IMG/VR virus record: IMGVR_UViG_3300027749_000049
Location: 32,001-96,000 of that record
DNA length: 64,000 nucleotides
Source: a virus
Reading direction: 5' to 3' (one strand)
The notes under the pieces are model-generated. The model ran no database searches and was not told where the DNA came from. It saw only the letters and a list, made by a program, of their open reading frames with translations. This document shows positions 20,155 to 30,258 of this stretch, one piece after another. Both the position numbers and the translations under genes were made by a program. Each line of letters opens with the position of its first letter. The first letter of the stretch is position 1.

Positions 20155-21536
20155 GCAGTTGCAGTTGAGTCTAATGAACTAGCAAAAGCTTTTGCTTTTT
20201 GAAAACCAACCGAAACAACTGCTCCATCTAATGAAGTTCCCCAACCTGCATTTGACCTAATATAGTCAGTAACTGCTGAATCTAAATCTGAATAGTTATT
20301 TGGATCTTTACCGTGTCTTTTAAATGAATCAATAAAATATAGGATTGCAAATTCTGCCGCAACCTCAGGTTTTTCAAGAAGTTCAGGATTTTTAACAATG
20401 TCAATACTACCTAAAGCCTGATTTGTCTTATTATAAATCTTTTGTAGATTTTCGTAATTTCCTTTGAAAGTTATTCCGTTAAAACCTCGGCCTCTGTATT
20501 TTTCTCCATCTCCTGGTGCAGTATTACCGTACATTCCACCATATACTGCTTCCCAAAATTTATGGTCAAATTCAGTTTTACCTAATTGTTTCCAACCTTC
20601 AATTTCTTGATCTGAGTATTTTGTAATTCTGGCTCCAAATACTTCTTTCATTCTTGCAAGTGATGTACTAAAATAGGAAGTTTCGCTACCGCCCTTTGAA
20701 GACTCTTTTGAAATTACACCTAAAATTGCTTTACGTGCAAATTCATTAGTTATTCCATTTTTATCCATTGACTGTTCTAATGCAATCATATTTTCTTTTG
20801 GAAAACCTCCTCCAGCTTTAAAATTAGTGCCTTTACCTGCAATTAATGAAGTTGAATATTTGTCTAAATCAGCTTGAGAAAAATTCTTTTCTTTTAATTT
20901 TGCAATAAGTCGCTTAATTAGATCTGAATCAATTGTAGCAACTTTTTGATTACCGCCAGCCATTGGGCTAGCTTTGTCAACTGTTGTTTCTTTATCAAAT
21001 ACGGATAAGTCAATTGGATCGTCAAAATGATCCATTACATATTGTTTAATGGTTGCACCCTCAGTTGCAGCCTTATGGCCTGGATTAACTTCGCCATGGC
21101 CAAATATTTGATTCTTAGTATAACCAAGATGTTTAATAATCTTTAATACTGCAATTCCTTGTTCAGGCATTTGTATATCAGCATCATTCTTTGCAATAAC
21201 TTCAACCCCTTGGGCATTTGAATTTGAAATTCCTGGAGGTGCTCCACGATAACCGTCAGATGCTCCAACATGAGCGCCTCTTGAATTTGAAGGAAGTGTT
21301 TTATAAATTGTACCGTCTCTATCAACCACCCACTGTACGCCTAATTTACCTCTAGAATTTAAAACGCCAACAACGCCAGATGCAGTTCCACGACCAGCGG
21401 TATGGTGAATTATGAAAAAATTATTTGATGCAAGAGGTTCTCCTTTTCTAGCATATTGTGACTCAGCTGAAATATCAATAATTTCGTCAGCTGCTTCATT
21501 AATTATTTTAGTAAATTGGTTAAACGTTTTAAGCAT
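20151..21536 (-). CDS. Peptidoglycan hydrolase: Amidase_2 domain plus GH19 (chitinase/lysozyme-like) domain
   Basis: IIHHTAG...AHVG...GVEV...IFGHGE (amidase_2); YGNTAPGDGEKYRGRGFNGITFKGNY...NPELL (GH19). Confidence 0.85.
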   Translation of the reverse strand: MLKTFNQFTKIINEAADEIIDISAESQYARKGEPLASNNFFIIHHTAGRGTASGVVGVLNSRGKLGVQWVVDRDGTIYKTLPSNSRGAHVGASDGYRGAPPGISNSNAQGVEVIAKNDADIQMPEQGIAVLKIIKHLGYTKNQIFGHGEVNPGHKAATEGATIKQYVMDHFDDPIDLSVFDKETTVDKASPMAGGNQKVATIDSDLIKRLIAKLKEKNFSQADLDKYSTSLIAGKGTNFKAGGGFPKENMIALEQSMDKNGITNEFARKAILGVISKESSKGGSETSYFSTSLARMKEVFGARITKYSDQEIEGWKQLGKTEFDHKFWEAVYGGMYGNTAPGDGEKYRGRGFNGITFKGNYENLQKIYNKTNQALGSIDIVKNPELLEKPEVAAEFAILYFIDSFKRHGKDPNNYSDLDSAVTDYIRSNAGWGTSLDGAVVSVGFQKAKAFASSLDSTATA

Positions 21537-21537
21537 A

Positions 21538-21906
21538 TTAAATATGTTCTATTTTAGGTAGAGTTTCTAAATTAAATTTATCAATAGCAGCAGCCGTTTC
21601 TGGGCCAAAATATCCATCTACTCCGTATTTTTCAAGTTTATATCCTAAAAATTCTAATGCAAGTTGAATATTTTCAACCATTTTAGAATATTCAAACTTG
21701 CCTGAAAGTTGAGTATTAACTGATTTATTTGAATTTGCAAAGTCTTCAAGGGTTTTATAAAAGTCGGCAACTTTTGCATCAAGTACACCTTGGTTTTCAG
21801 TATTTCCTTGAGTTTTAGTATCGCCTTTTTCACTCTTACCGGTTAGCCAGTCCCAAAAACCATCTTCATTGATGGTTGAATTAAATTCGGTAAATGTTTT
21901 AATCAT
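21538..21906 (-). CDS. Peptidoglycan-binding domain protein
   Basis: VENIQLALEFLGY...GVDGYFGPETAAAIDKF. Confidence 0.8.
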   Translation of the reverse strand: MIKTFTEFNSTINEDGFWDWLTGKSEKGDTKTQGNTENQGVLDAKVADFYKTLEDFANSNKSVNTQLSGKFEYSKMVENIQLALEFLGYKLEKYGVDGYFGPETAAAIDKFNLETLPKIEHI

Positions 21907-21956
21907 GTTAAACTTTAAATATTTATTGTGTACTATATTGTAAAGTTATTTATCTA

Positions 21957-22709
21957 ATGCCTGAATCAATTAAAAGAGTTGTGCTGAATGGATTTCGATA
22001 CTATCAAGTATCTGATTCAACTGGAATATTGGGAACTTTCCCAAGTGTAACTTCTGTGCTTGGAGATACCTCTGATAAATCTGGGCTTGATGCTTGGAGA
22101 AACCGGATAGGTCATCAAAAAGCTGATCAAATAGGTCAAGATGCAGCTAACCGTGGAACGGTAATGCACAGACTATGCGAAATTTATCTTAATTTGCCAC
22201 AGTCAATGTCTGCTAAGGACAGACTTGAGGACACCCTGGCCTTGGCCAGAATAGATGATGAGATTGATCAATTTGATAATCGGGCAAAAATTGTAGGCGG
22301 CATGCTCTTCTATAATTTTATAAAATCAAATTCATTTGACGAAATTAAACGGGTAATTGCTCAAGAGCGATTCCTATGGACCGCAAGAGACGGTGGATTT
22401 GCTGGTACTGTAGATAATGTTTCTGAATTAATAACCGGTGACCATGCAATTGTAGATTTTAAAACTGCTCGTAAACCCAAGGAAGAAAAATGGATTGAAG
22501 ACTATAAAAATCAAGTTGCAGCATATTCAGTTGCGGTTTGGGACCGCATGCAGGTTAAAACAGTTACTTGCAGAATTTGGATTTCAAATGAAGTAAACTT
22601 AGCGCCACAACATTTTAGAATGGACTCTAGCGAAATGCGAGAATACTATTTTAAATTCAGAGAAAGATTAGCAGAATTCTATAAGAAGAATCCGCCAATT
22701 GTACTTTAG
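21957..22709 (+). CDS. PD-(D/E)XK exonuclease (phage Cas4-like)
   Basis: PSVTSVL, RGTVMH, AGTVD, IVDFKT and QVAAY. Confidence 0.85.
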   Translation: MPESIKRVVLNGFRYYQVSDSTGILGTFPSVTSVLGDTSDKSGLDAWRNRIGHQKADQIGQDAANRGTVMHRLCEIYLNLPQSMSAKDRLEDTLALARIDDEIDQFDNRAKIVGGMLFYNFIKSNSFDEIKRVIAQERFLWTARDGGFAGTVDNVSELITGDHAIVDFKTARKPKEEKWIEDYKNQVAAYSVAVWDRMQVKTVTCRIWISNEVNLAPQHFRMDSSEMREYYFKFRERLAEFYKKNPPIVL

Positions 22710-24670
22710 GCAATCTCAGTTCGGTCAGTTATCTTTCTTAAAAGATCCAATCTAACTGGAGTAGGTCTTTCAGCTCCACCAAATGTTCGTAAGTAAATAA
22801 ACGGCTGATTTGCAGTATTTCTGGTTGTATAATCGCATTTAGATAAAATACCCCAATTGTTTTGGTGATTTGCAATATAATAATGATCTCCAGCTCTGGC
22901 CATTAATTTATCCTGTTCTGTAACTGGTTCAAGACTTAGGGCAACTAATCCCATTCCAACAAATGGACCTTCAACTGTTTTACCGGTAACTACATTAATC
23001 AAGCTAATATTACGCGGATTACTGATTAATTCCTGTGGACTTTCAACTGACCGTGTTGCTCTACCTATTTTTTCAACTGCTACAAATACTGGAACGCCAG
23101 CGGCTCCTCTAAGGGTTGCTTGTTGAGGTTCTGCTAGAACTACAAATTTTGCAAAATTACCAGTTCTGATTTTCTTAAGCAGGTCAAGATTATCCAAAGT
23201 TTGGCGATTATTAACAGCCTGTTTTAATTCAGCTCCAGTAAAATCAAGTTTACCAAATAGGGCTTTATCTGCAGTTCTGGCCAAGTTTTGAGAACGATCT
23301 CTTTCAATACGTTCTCTTTCTGCTTGAGCTTCAGCATCTCGACGTTGTTGAACTACTTCAGGACGTAATCTATTACTAATAAATGTTTTACCAGCTGGGG
23401 TTAGGTTAACTCTATCTAAGTCCGGAATACTTTCAATATTTACTTTAACCCAGGTTGATTTATCATCAGTTGTTCGAGTATCACTTGCATTTCCTGGTGT
23501 AATCTCTCCAGCCTCAATTCGGATAGCATCATTAATATTTACAGCAATATAAGTCCCGTTACGTACATCAACCACATACCTAATTGGTAAGCTACCATAA
23601 CTTGCATCATACAGATAGCTTTTAACTACAATAAAGTCGCCAACTTGCCATTCTGCATCTGGCTCTGCGCCAAATTGTGTAATACGAGAAGCAAGACGTT
23701 GTCGAGTTTCAGCCTCTTCACGAGTTCTACGCTCTCTATCTGCAATTGCTTGGCGTTCTGCTCTTTCTCTGTCAAGGCGCTGTACTTCTGATCTAGCTGC
23801 ATTAATTGAGGTTAATCTCTCATTTGGTACACGGCCGTCTCGGCCTAATGAAGCCAAATAAGCATCATCTAATTTTGTTAAAAATGTATCAGGTAAAATT
23901 GAAAGAAGCTCATCATCAATATCAAATCTGTCGGGTTTTGTGTTATTAAAACCAATTTGGCGTTCAATAAATCTTTCAGCTACATCAATTTTTGATTGAG
24001 TGCTTATACCTTTATCCATTGCCATCCAACTACCTGGACCAATTATGGCTAAGGCATCATCGACTGATGGTGTTCCATCTGGATTTGCTTTATAGTCTAA
24101 TAATGATCCCCAAGCTTTGTCCTTTTCAGGAGTTCCACTTGAGTTTGATGAAATATAACCCGCATATTTTAATAGTGTTCTGTACAATTTATAACCTAAT
24201 CCTGTACCCCTAAGCGCAGGTCTAATTCCATCATTTGGGAAATGGCTTCGTTGAAATGAGCTTGGCTCTTCAGTTCTAAGATAAATTGAAGTACCTGATG
24301 GATAAACATCTCTCCATTTACCAAAATCATCTTTCATTCTACCTTCATCAATCTGCTTGAGTTCTTTAAGTAAATCAACAATTGGTTGTGGAAATCTTGG
24401 ATAGTAGTCTCTTGTATTACTAGGCTTTTCCATTGTAATCTCAAGTCTAGTAACCTGCTTTAGTGCACGAGTTAACTCAGCAGCAACTTCTGCGTAACTT
24501 CTACGAACTGGCTGATTTGCAAGCTGCTGTCTACGAGTAACGGTTTCCTGTCTAGCTCTACCAATATGACTGCCCGCTAATCGTTCAGGGCGTTTAACTC
24601 CCATTTCATCAACTAGCCCACCCTGATTAATATTTGATTCATTAATTGTTTCTATAAAAGACTTTGCCAT
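22706..24670 (-). CDS. Large putative packaged protein with an N-terminal GNAT-like domain
   Basis: GIRPALRGTGLGYKLY acetyl-CoA motif; MAKSFIETINE leader; late-type promoter at 24695-24702. Confidence 0.55.
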   Translation of the reverse strand: MAKSFIETINESNINQGGLVDEMGVKRPERLAGSHIGRARQETVTRRQQLANQPVRRSYAEVAAELTRALKQVTRLEITMEKPSNTRDYYPRFPQPIVDLLKELKQIDEGRMKDDFGKWRDVYPSGTSIYLRTEEPSSFQRSHFPNDGIRPALRGTGLGYKLYRTLLKYAGYISSNSSGTPEKDKAWGSLLDYKANPDGTPSVDDALAIIGPGSWMAMDKGISTQSKIDVAERFIERQIGFNNTKPDRFDIDDELLSILPDTFLTKLDDAYLASLGRDGRVPNERLTSINAARSEVQRLDRERAERQAIADRERRTREEAETRQRLASRITQFGAEPDAEWQVGDFIVVKSYLYDASYGSLPIRYVVDVRNGTYIAVNINDAIRIEAGEITPGNASDTRTTDDKSTWVKVNIESIPDLDRVNLTPAGKTFISNRLRPEVVQQRRDAEAQAERERIERDRSQNLARTADKALFGKLDFTGAELKQAVNNRQTLDNLDLLKKIRTGNFAKFVVLAEPQQATLRGAAGVPVFVAVEKIGRATRSVESPQELISNPRNISLINVVTGKTVEGPFVGMGLVALSLEPVTEQDKLMARAGDHYYIANHQNNWGILSKCDYTTRNTANQPFIYLRTFGGAERPTPVRLDLLRKITDRTEIA

Positions 24671-24753
24671 AATTATATAAAAAATACTTTTTAGTTATTT
24701 ATTCTTGAATCCGGTTAGATAACCATAGTAGAATACTTAAAAAGATTTGGATC

Positions 24754-25476
24754 ATGCAAAAACTCACATTTACTAAATACTCTATCCTAGTTTCATTTTG
24801 GGATGAAACTTCTGAAAAATGGATCGACCGAAATATTGCTGATACGAGCTTACCTATTACTTGGTATTTACCATATGAAGTTCATATAGAAAAAAATGTT
24901 ACCTTAAGAGACATTATTAATATGTTAACTCCATATTCTGAGCAATTAAATTTTGTATTTCTTGCATATCTTAATGGCGTGCAAGTTGAAGACCTATTTA
25001 TAGAATTGTTAAGTCGACCGGCTGAGCCGCATAATCTTAAAATAGATGCAATTTGTCTATTGTGGATGGGTAAAGTAAAACCTTTACCTGATATAGATGA
25101 TCCAAAAATATACACATTTTCAGCCCTACTAGCTCTAGAAATTATTGATGAAGAAGATGATGGATCAGAGGACGAACTCCATAGCATTTATGATATAACA
25201 GTTGATCAATTATTAGATACGTCAATTGTGATCGATGATTTCCTAGAATATTATGATGATGATAAACATGATGATGCACTATTTAGTGGAATAACTGATT
25301 GGCAATTTTTTGATTTTATCCGAACAATATTAAGCGAATTGGTTCTTTATAGTTTTACAACTGATATAATTAAAAAATCTGAATTAGATACTGCCCCAAT
25401 TGGAGCAGCTGAATTATTTGAACATCTTGATAAATTAGATAAATTTTTTAAAGATGAACCAACTGATTTAGGTTAG
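24754..25476 (+). CDS. Hypothetical acidic protein
   Basis: 240 aa ORF. Confidence 0.7.
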   Translation: MQKLTFTKYSILVSFWDETSEKWIDRNIADTSLPITWYLPYEVHIEKNVTLRDIINMLTPYSEQLNFVFLAYLNGVQVEDLFIELLSRPAEPHNLKIDAICLLWMGKVKPLPDIDDPKIYTFSALLALEIIDEEDDGSEDELHSIYDITVDQLLDTSIVIDDFLEYYDDDKHDDALFSGITDWQFFDFIRTILSELVLYSFTTDIIKKSELDTAPIGAAELFEHLDKLDKFFKDEPTDLG

Positions 25477-25533
25477 TGGTAATATAATATGCAATCGAAA
25501 GTATCTAAGCTTTTGTGGTATATTATATTAAGT

Positions 25534-26541
25534 ATGAGATCAAAGAAAATAAAAACTTTTTATACGCCAAAACAGGTTTTAGAAAATGACAAGACTTCTA
25601 ATTATAGTAAGTCTCCATTAAAACCTAAACTTCTGTTGGCATATTTAAAACAGAAAAAACTTCTCGGCAATTTTTCAATAACTGATGACTTTAAACCATT
25701 TACTAAAACTGATTTTAGAATGGCTCATCATAAAAGTTACGTGGACGATTTTTTTAATGGGACCGGTCTGTGCTGTTCAAATTCATTAGCGTGGTCAAAA
25801 CAGTTTGCTGACTCAATTAGATATACAAATTCATCACTATATGCAGCAATTCGAAATTCAATAGTTAATCCAAAACAGGTTAGTTTCAGTCCAACTAGCG
25901 GATTTCACCATGCTAGACCAAGTGGAGGTAGCGGTTTCTGTACATTTAGTGGTCAAGTAATTGCATCACTTAAAATCTATAATGAATTTGGATTAAGTGG
26001 GGCCTATTTAGATTTAGATGGCCATTTTGGAAATTCAATTGAAGACAGTCGTGCATTTTGTAAAAACTTAAATAAAGCAGTTCCATTAGATTTTAATATT
26101 AATCCAGAAGGATATGACTCTGACTATTTAGCCGATCTTGCAAAATGGTTAGAGCGATTAAAATATGCTATTCTAAATAATAAAATTCATTATGTGGTTT
26201 GGTGTCACGGAGCAGATTCTCACGCAGATGATAATTTAGGCAGACAATGTGATACTGATCATTGGTCTGCATGCTCAACTCTTTTTTGGAAATGGGTAAA
26301 AGGCATGGATAAAATATTAGGTCGGCCATTGCCAGTTTCATGTGCACTGTTTGGCGGATATCGAGATGATGACTATAATTCAGTACTAAGTTTACACACC
26401 AACGATTTTGTTAAGTGCTTTAAAGAATTACTTGAGGTCGACGTTAAATATACTATAGAGGTACTGCCTCGTCAAAAAATTGGATATGGTGATGGTACGA
26501 GACTACGTAGAAAACGAAGAAGCCTGGATCAAAAAGTATAA
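25534..26541 (+). CDS. Zn-dependent histone deacetylase-family protein
   Basis: GFHHA, GFCTF, LDLDGHFGN, GADSH..D and GGY motifs. Confidence 0.9.
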   Translation: MRSKKIKTFYTPKQVLENDKTSNYSKSPLKPKLLLAYLKQKKLLGNFSITDDFKPFTKTDFRMAHHKSYVDDFFNGTGLCCSNSLAWSKQFADSIRYTNSSLYAAIRNSIVNPKQVSFSPTSGFHHARPSGGSGFCTFSGQVIASLKIYNEFGLSGAYLDLDGHFGNSIEDSRAFCKNLNKAVPLDFNINPEGYDSDYLADLAKWLERLKYAILNNKIHYVVWCHGADSHADDNLGRQCDTDHWSACSTLFWKWVKGMDKILGRPLPVSCALFGGYRDDDYNSVLSLHTNDFVKCFKELLEVDVKYTIEVLPRQKIGYGDGTRLRRKRRSLDQKV

Positions 26542-26695
26542 AGATATTGACAGTAAAGGAGTTACCTCAACCTATTGGAAGGAGGTTCTTGAAGTAATTG
26601 GATATTTAGAATATAAAGAAAATTATGAAAGTTGCCAAGAGCTTTGGGACTATTATAAGGAAATAACAAATGGTAAACAGGACGATACTGACTAA
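26486..26695 (+). CDS. Small protein with UvrB/UvrC-like motif
   Basis: YLEYKENYESCQELWD. Confidence 0.5.
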   Translation: MVMVRDYVENEEAWIKKYKDIDSKGVTSTYWKEVLEVIGYLEYKENYESCQELWDYYKEITNGKQDDTD

Positions 26696-26697
26696 AC

Positions 26698-26727
26698 AAA
26701 AATAGCCCTAATATTAGGGCTATTTTT
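26698..26727. terminator. Bidirectional intrinsic terminator
   Basis: AAAAATAGCCCTAA-TA-TTAGGGCTATTTTT. Confidence 0.8.
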
Positions 26728-26744
26728 ATTAGATTCGTTTTTAA

Positions 26745-27062
26745 TTATGAATTAAGTTGTTCTGGCAAAGTTGATTCAGCTGGTGCCTCTACTAAATCTG
26801 TTGCTGCTGGTTTTTTACCATTCATAACATTTTTAACACCAAGTAGAGTTGCTCCAATTAAGGTAAAGGTTATTGCTTGAGTAATAACATCAATTGATTT
26901 ACTAATCCATAACTTGTCAATACATCCTAATAAGAAGCATAAGCCCCCAATAAAGATAATATAGAGACCAGCAACTGAAGTACCTGAAGTTTTACCATTA
27001 TCGTTTGAGGTCATTTCACCAAATGAAAAACGTTTAACATCTCCGATTTTAGAAATTTTCAT
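26745..27062 (-). CDS. Two-TM membrane protein (holin-like)
   Basis: GKTSGT followed by two hydrophobic helices. Confidence 0.5.
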   Translation of the reverse strand: MKISKIGDVKRFSFGEMTSNDNGKTSGTSVAGLYIIFIGGLCFLLGCIDKLWISKSIDVITQAITFTLIGATLLGVKNVMNGKKPAATDLVEAPAESTLPEQLNS

Positions 27063-27079
27063 TGTATTTTATATTTTTT

Positions 27080-27883
27080 TTAGTTGACGTAGTTATTAAG
27101 AACTGTTTCAAGATCGTCAGTCTTTTCAAGAGTAGATGAAGGCTCGCCATAATATAATTCATAACGATCTTCTAAAAGATCAGCTGCATCCACTGCATTT
27201 TTTAGTTTAAGTAGTCTAATACCAAACCAGTCAGCTTCCATTTCTTGGCGTTCATCATATTGATTTGCTCGATCGTATTTAGACGCTGAGTGATCTAATT
27301 CAAAATGTGCAATTTCATGAGCCTCAATTGCAAGTATGTGATCACTTGTTAAGTTTTGACTCTCAATTATTACTCCGTCAATATAGATTGTTTTTGAAGA
27401 AAGATCTGCAAATGCAATTCCTAAATAGTTAAAGATCTTTGCAAAATCTTTATATAGAGAATCCTCTGGCCACAAGGCAATAACTGTCCAGTCTGGATCA
27501 AGTTTACTTTTCCAAGCAGTAGGTTCTGCCGATTCTGATAAATTATAACGCTTCATCTTTGAAGCACGTTGACCAGTTAAGTCTCTCCATAACTCGCGTA
27601 CATCAGGTTGAGCTAAAGTATCCGCCTGTACCATTGAATAAAATTGATTATCTGAGTTCTGCATCATTGCGAACCATTCTTCTAGCGTTGGTTTCTTAGG
27701 TAGTGCGGCTATTCTAGTCTTTAACCGACGGAACATTGGAAACAGTTCAGTTTCATATTTGTCACCGGTATGAGGGTTTCTGCCGAATTTACGATTAATA
27801 CCAAGATCGCCTAATTGCTTAAGAGGTCTTGGATGCTCAATATTTTCAGATACCCATGTATTAAAGTTTACAATCGTTGCCAT
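27080..27883 (-). CDS. Putative packaged protein with HExxH zinc metallopeptidase domain
   Basis: AHEIAH...EMEADWFG; MATIVNFNTWVSE leader; late-type promoter at 27890-27897. Confidence 0.7.
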   Translation of the reverse strand: MATIVNFNTWVSENIEHPRPLKQLGDLGINRKFGRNPHTGDKYETELFPMFRRLKTRIAALPKKPTLEEWFAMMQNSDNQFYSMVQADTLAQPDVRELWRDLTGQRASKMKRYNLSESAEPTAWKSKLDPDWTVIALWPEDSLYKDFAKIFNYLGIAFADLSSKTIYIDGVIIESQNLTSDHILAIEAHEIAHFELDHSASKYDRANQYDERQEMEADWFGIRLLKLKNAVDAADLLEDRYELYYGEPSSTLEKTDDLETVLNNYVN

Positions 27884-27933
27884 TCTGTTTTATTTATCCC
27901 TAGCGTAGATAAATAATAAGAAAATCAATAGTA

Positions 27934-28380
27934 ATGATTCATAAATATCAACAATGGATTGAAGAATCTGAAAAAGTTGAAGCAAACGAACAGGTGCCAA
28001 CGGATACTCCAGAAGTACCGGCAACAATGGATGCAGCAGCTTTACCAGCTACCACCGAAACTCCAGCAGCAACTACTCCAGAACTTCCATCTGAACCAGA
28101 AATCGTATCAGCCGAGTCTGAAATTGAAGAATACCAAACTTTAGACAAAGCTCGTAGAGACGCGATTAAAGCATTTAAAGAAAAACAAGGCGAATTTTTG
28201 GAAATTCCAGCAGACATTCGTAAAAACCCAGTTGAAGAAGCTGATAAAACAAAAGTTGAAGAATTAAAGACCTCTTTAATTGAGCTTAATAAAACCATGA
28301 AAGCTGCAATTACTGCCTGGAATAAATTTAATTCAATGGCTCTTGGTATCGAAGATGAAGAAGACCAAGTTGAACCATAA
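27934..28380 (+). CDS. Acidic hypothetical protein
   Basis: MIHKYQQWIEE leader; ATAAATAA at 27909. Confidence 0.65.
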   Translation: MIHKYQQWIEESEKVEANEQVPTDTPEVPATMDAAALPATTETPAATTPELPSEPEIVSAESEIEEYQTLDKARRDAIKAFKEKQGEFLEIPADIRKNPVEEADKTKVEELKTSLIELNKTMKAAITAWNKFNSMALGIEDEEDQVEP

Positions 28381-28395
28381 AATAACTAACTTACA

Positions 28396-28593
28396 ATGTC
28401 AATTATAAAAAATTTTAAAGATTTTCTTAACGAAAGCTGGCATCCATATGATGCATACGAAACTGGCGAATCAAATTGTTGTGGTGCACCAATCATGCAA
28501 GGCGGAATTTGCTCAGACTGTAAAGAGCATTGTGAAGCTGAAGAAGAGGACTTTGAACCAGGTAATGATTTACCTAATGTTGAAGGATTTTAA
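28396..28593 (+). CDS. Small zinc-finger protein
   Basis: SNCCGAP...ICSDCKEHC; IIKNFKDFLNE leader. Confidence 0.7.
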   Translation: MSIIKNFKDFLNESWHPYDAYETGESNCCGAPIMQGGICSDCKEHCEAEEEDFEPGNDLPNVEGF

Positions 28594-29381
28594 TGCAGTA
28601 CCTATTAGAATATAGCGATTGGACAAACGCACGAGAACACGAACTCAATGAAGATTGGGGATGGGATGATTTAGCTCATCTTGGAGTTGATGTGATTAGC
28701 GCAGTTGCTGATTCATGGGTTCCAGGTTCAGGCAGTATAATTGACGTAATTCATGCAATTTCCTATACGCTGCAAGCAAAAGTTGCAAATACTGAAGCTG
28801 AAAAGGTTTCTTTAAATATGCAAGGCTTAATAACACTAGCATCCGTTGCTGCAATTAGCGGAGCTCAAGCTTTGGCGGTTGCACTAAAGGCTCAAATTAA
28901 AATAGTAATGACAGCTTTTACTGAAGGCCTTTCTAACCCAACTGCTTTTAAATTAGCAAAGTCTGTTGCCCCAGACGTGTCAGCTAAAATTAAAGTTTTG
29001 CTTGGAATGGTTGAAGCTATTGGAAAATGGGTTGGTCAAAAAATTAAATCATTTAAAAATTCAGAATTAGGCGAATGGGTTATTGGTAAATTTGGATCAA
29101 TTGATATTGCAATTACTAAATTAGGAGAAATAATAACCAAAAGTATTCCAGCCTCAATTAATAAATTTTTACAATTTCTAGCAAAGCTTAATCCATTAAA
29201 ACTGGGAGCACACGGAGCAGCTGGTGAAACTGGTGAACTTTTACTTAAAACCGCTGCTAAACACTATGTAGCATCAAAGGCAACAAATACTACAATTGCA
29301 GCAATTACAAATACAACAAGTCAAACTAACAAAGAGATTGCGGCTTTAACTAAGAAACCTCAAACCAAACCTGGAGCATAA
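28593..29381 (+). CDS. Hypothetical helical, possibly membrane-active protein
   Basis: HLGVDVISAVAD..PGSGSIIDVIHAISY, loosely similar to the hydrophobic part of 2916..5342. Confidence 0.6.
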   Translation: MQYLLEYSDWTNAREHELNEDWGWDDLAHLGVDVISAVADSWVPGSGSIIDVIHAISYTLQAKVANTEAEKVSLNMQGLITLASVAAISGAQALAVALKAQIKIVMTAFTEGLSNPTAFKLAKSVAPDVSAKIKVLLGMVEAIGKWVGQKIKSFKNSELGEWVIGKFGSIDIAITKLGEIITKSIPASINKFLQFLAKLNPLKLGAHGAAGETGELLLKTAAKHYVASKATNTTIAAITNTTSQTNKEIAALTKKPQTKPGA

Positions 29382-29421
29382 TGGATCAATTAAAATCATT
29401 ATATACGTTATTATAAACACC

Positions 29422-29445
29422 AAAAGCCGGATTCCCGGCTTTTTT
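29422..29445 (+). terminator. Intrinsic terminator
   Basis: AAAAGCCGG-ATTC-CCGGCTTTTTT. Confidence 0.8.
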
Positions 29446-29536
29446 AATGTGATCTGAGATGATTTAGTATTTGGGTTAGGTTACTATTGACTGACCCGTT
29501 AAATAGTGGCCAGTGTCATCTAGTAAGTGAAATATT

Positions 29537-30190
29537 TTATTTGGTTGTAAACTTATAGCCTGTTAATTTCTCAACCTGGGCTTTTGTAACTTTCCAATGC
29601 TCTAGTCCAACTGGTTTATCTGGCGTATTATTAAAAATATAATATTCCCAAACTTTTGTCTTTTTAACAAATAAAACTTTCCAACATTTAAGTGGTACCG
29701 AGGTTGAACCAATCTTTTTAGCTGCTCCAGTCGAGCCACACCAAACCATTACTGAATCAAATTCAGTAGCTAGCTCGCGAGTTCGGCCCTCAAGATTTTT
29801 CCAGTCTCCGGCGTTTAAGGAATGATATTGTGGTGCCATATTTGAAAAATAGAAACACTCCTTTTGCAATTCAGCACTACACTGATTATCTGCGGCTGGA
29901 CACATATGACCTCGATCAGTACCTGAACCTACATAATCATCCATTAAGTCAGTTTCTGCTGGTAATAGTGGGTCTGGTGCAAATTGATCTTTGCGTGCAA
30001 CCTTAGTGGCTGGACACTCAAGTCTGGCTTTAGTATCCCACCATTCAACCTTTAATGGATAGTGCAAGGTTTTACTGTAATAGGAAGTATAACCTGTGTG
30101 TTCTAATTTTATTGGACTGGGCTCTTTAACTGAGCTGGTGAACAGTAGTAGAGCAAGTACTGCTACTGATAAAAATTTAAAAGTTTTCAT
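29537..30190 (-). CDS. DNA/RNA non-specific endonuclease (NucA/EndoG type) with signal peptide
   Basis: DRGHM active site, SNMAPQ...LN...WKNLE; hydrophobic N-terminus. Confidence 0.92.
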   Translation of the reverse strand: MKTFKFLSVAVLALLLFTSSVKEPSPIKLEHTGYTSYYSKTLHYPLKVEWWDTKARLECPATKVARKDQFAPDPLLPAETDLMDDYVGSGTDRGHMCPAADNQCSAELQKECFYFSNMAPQYHSLNAGDWKNLEGRTRELATEFDSVMVWCGSTGAAKKIGSTSVPLKCWKVLFVKKTKVWEYYIFNNTPDKPVGLEHWKVTKAQVEKLTGYKFTTK

Positions 30191-30258
30191 ATTTTTTATT
30201 TATTAAGGAAATTTTATTAATATCAGGAGTATATTAATCTTAATCAAATACTCTAATT

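Noticed and set aside
21957-22709. Cas4 as evidence of a CRISPR system
   Set aside because: It lacks the Fe-S cysteines and any cas context; standalone PD-(D/E)XK exonucleases are common in phages.
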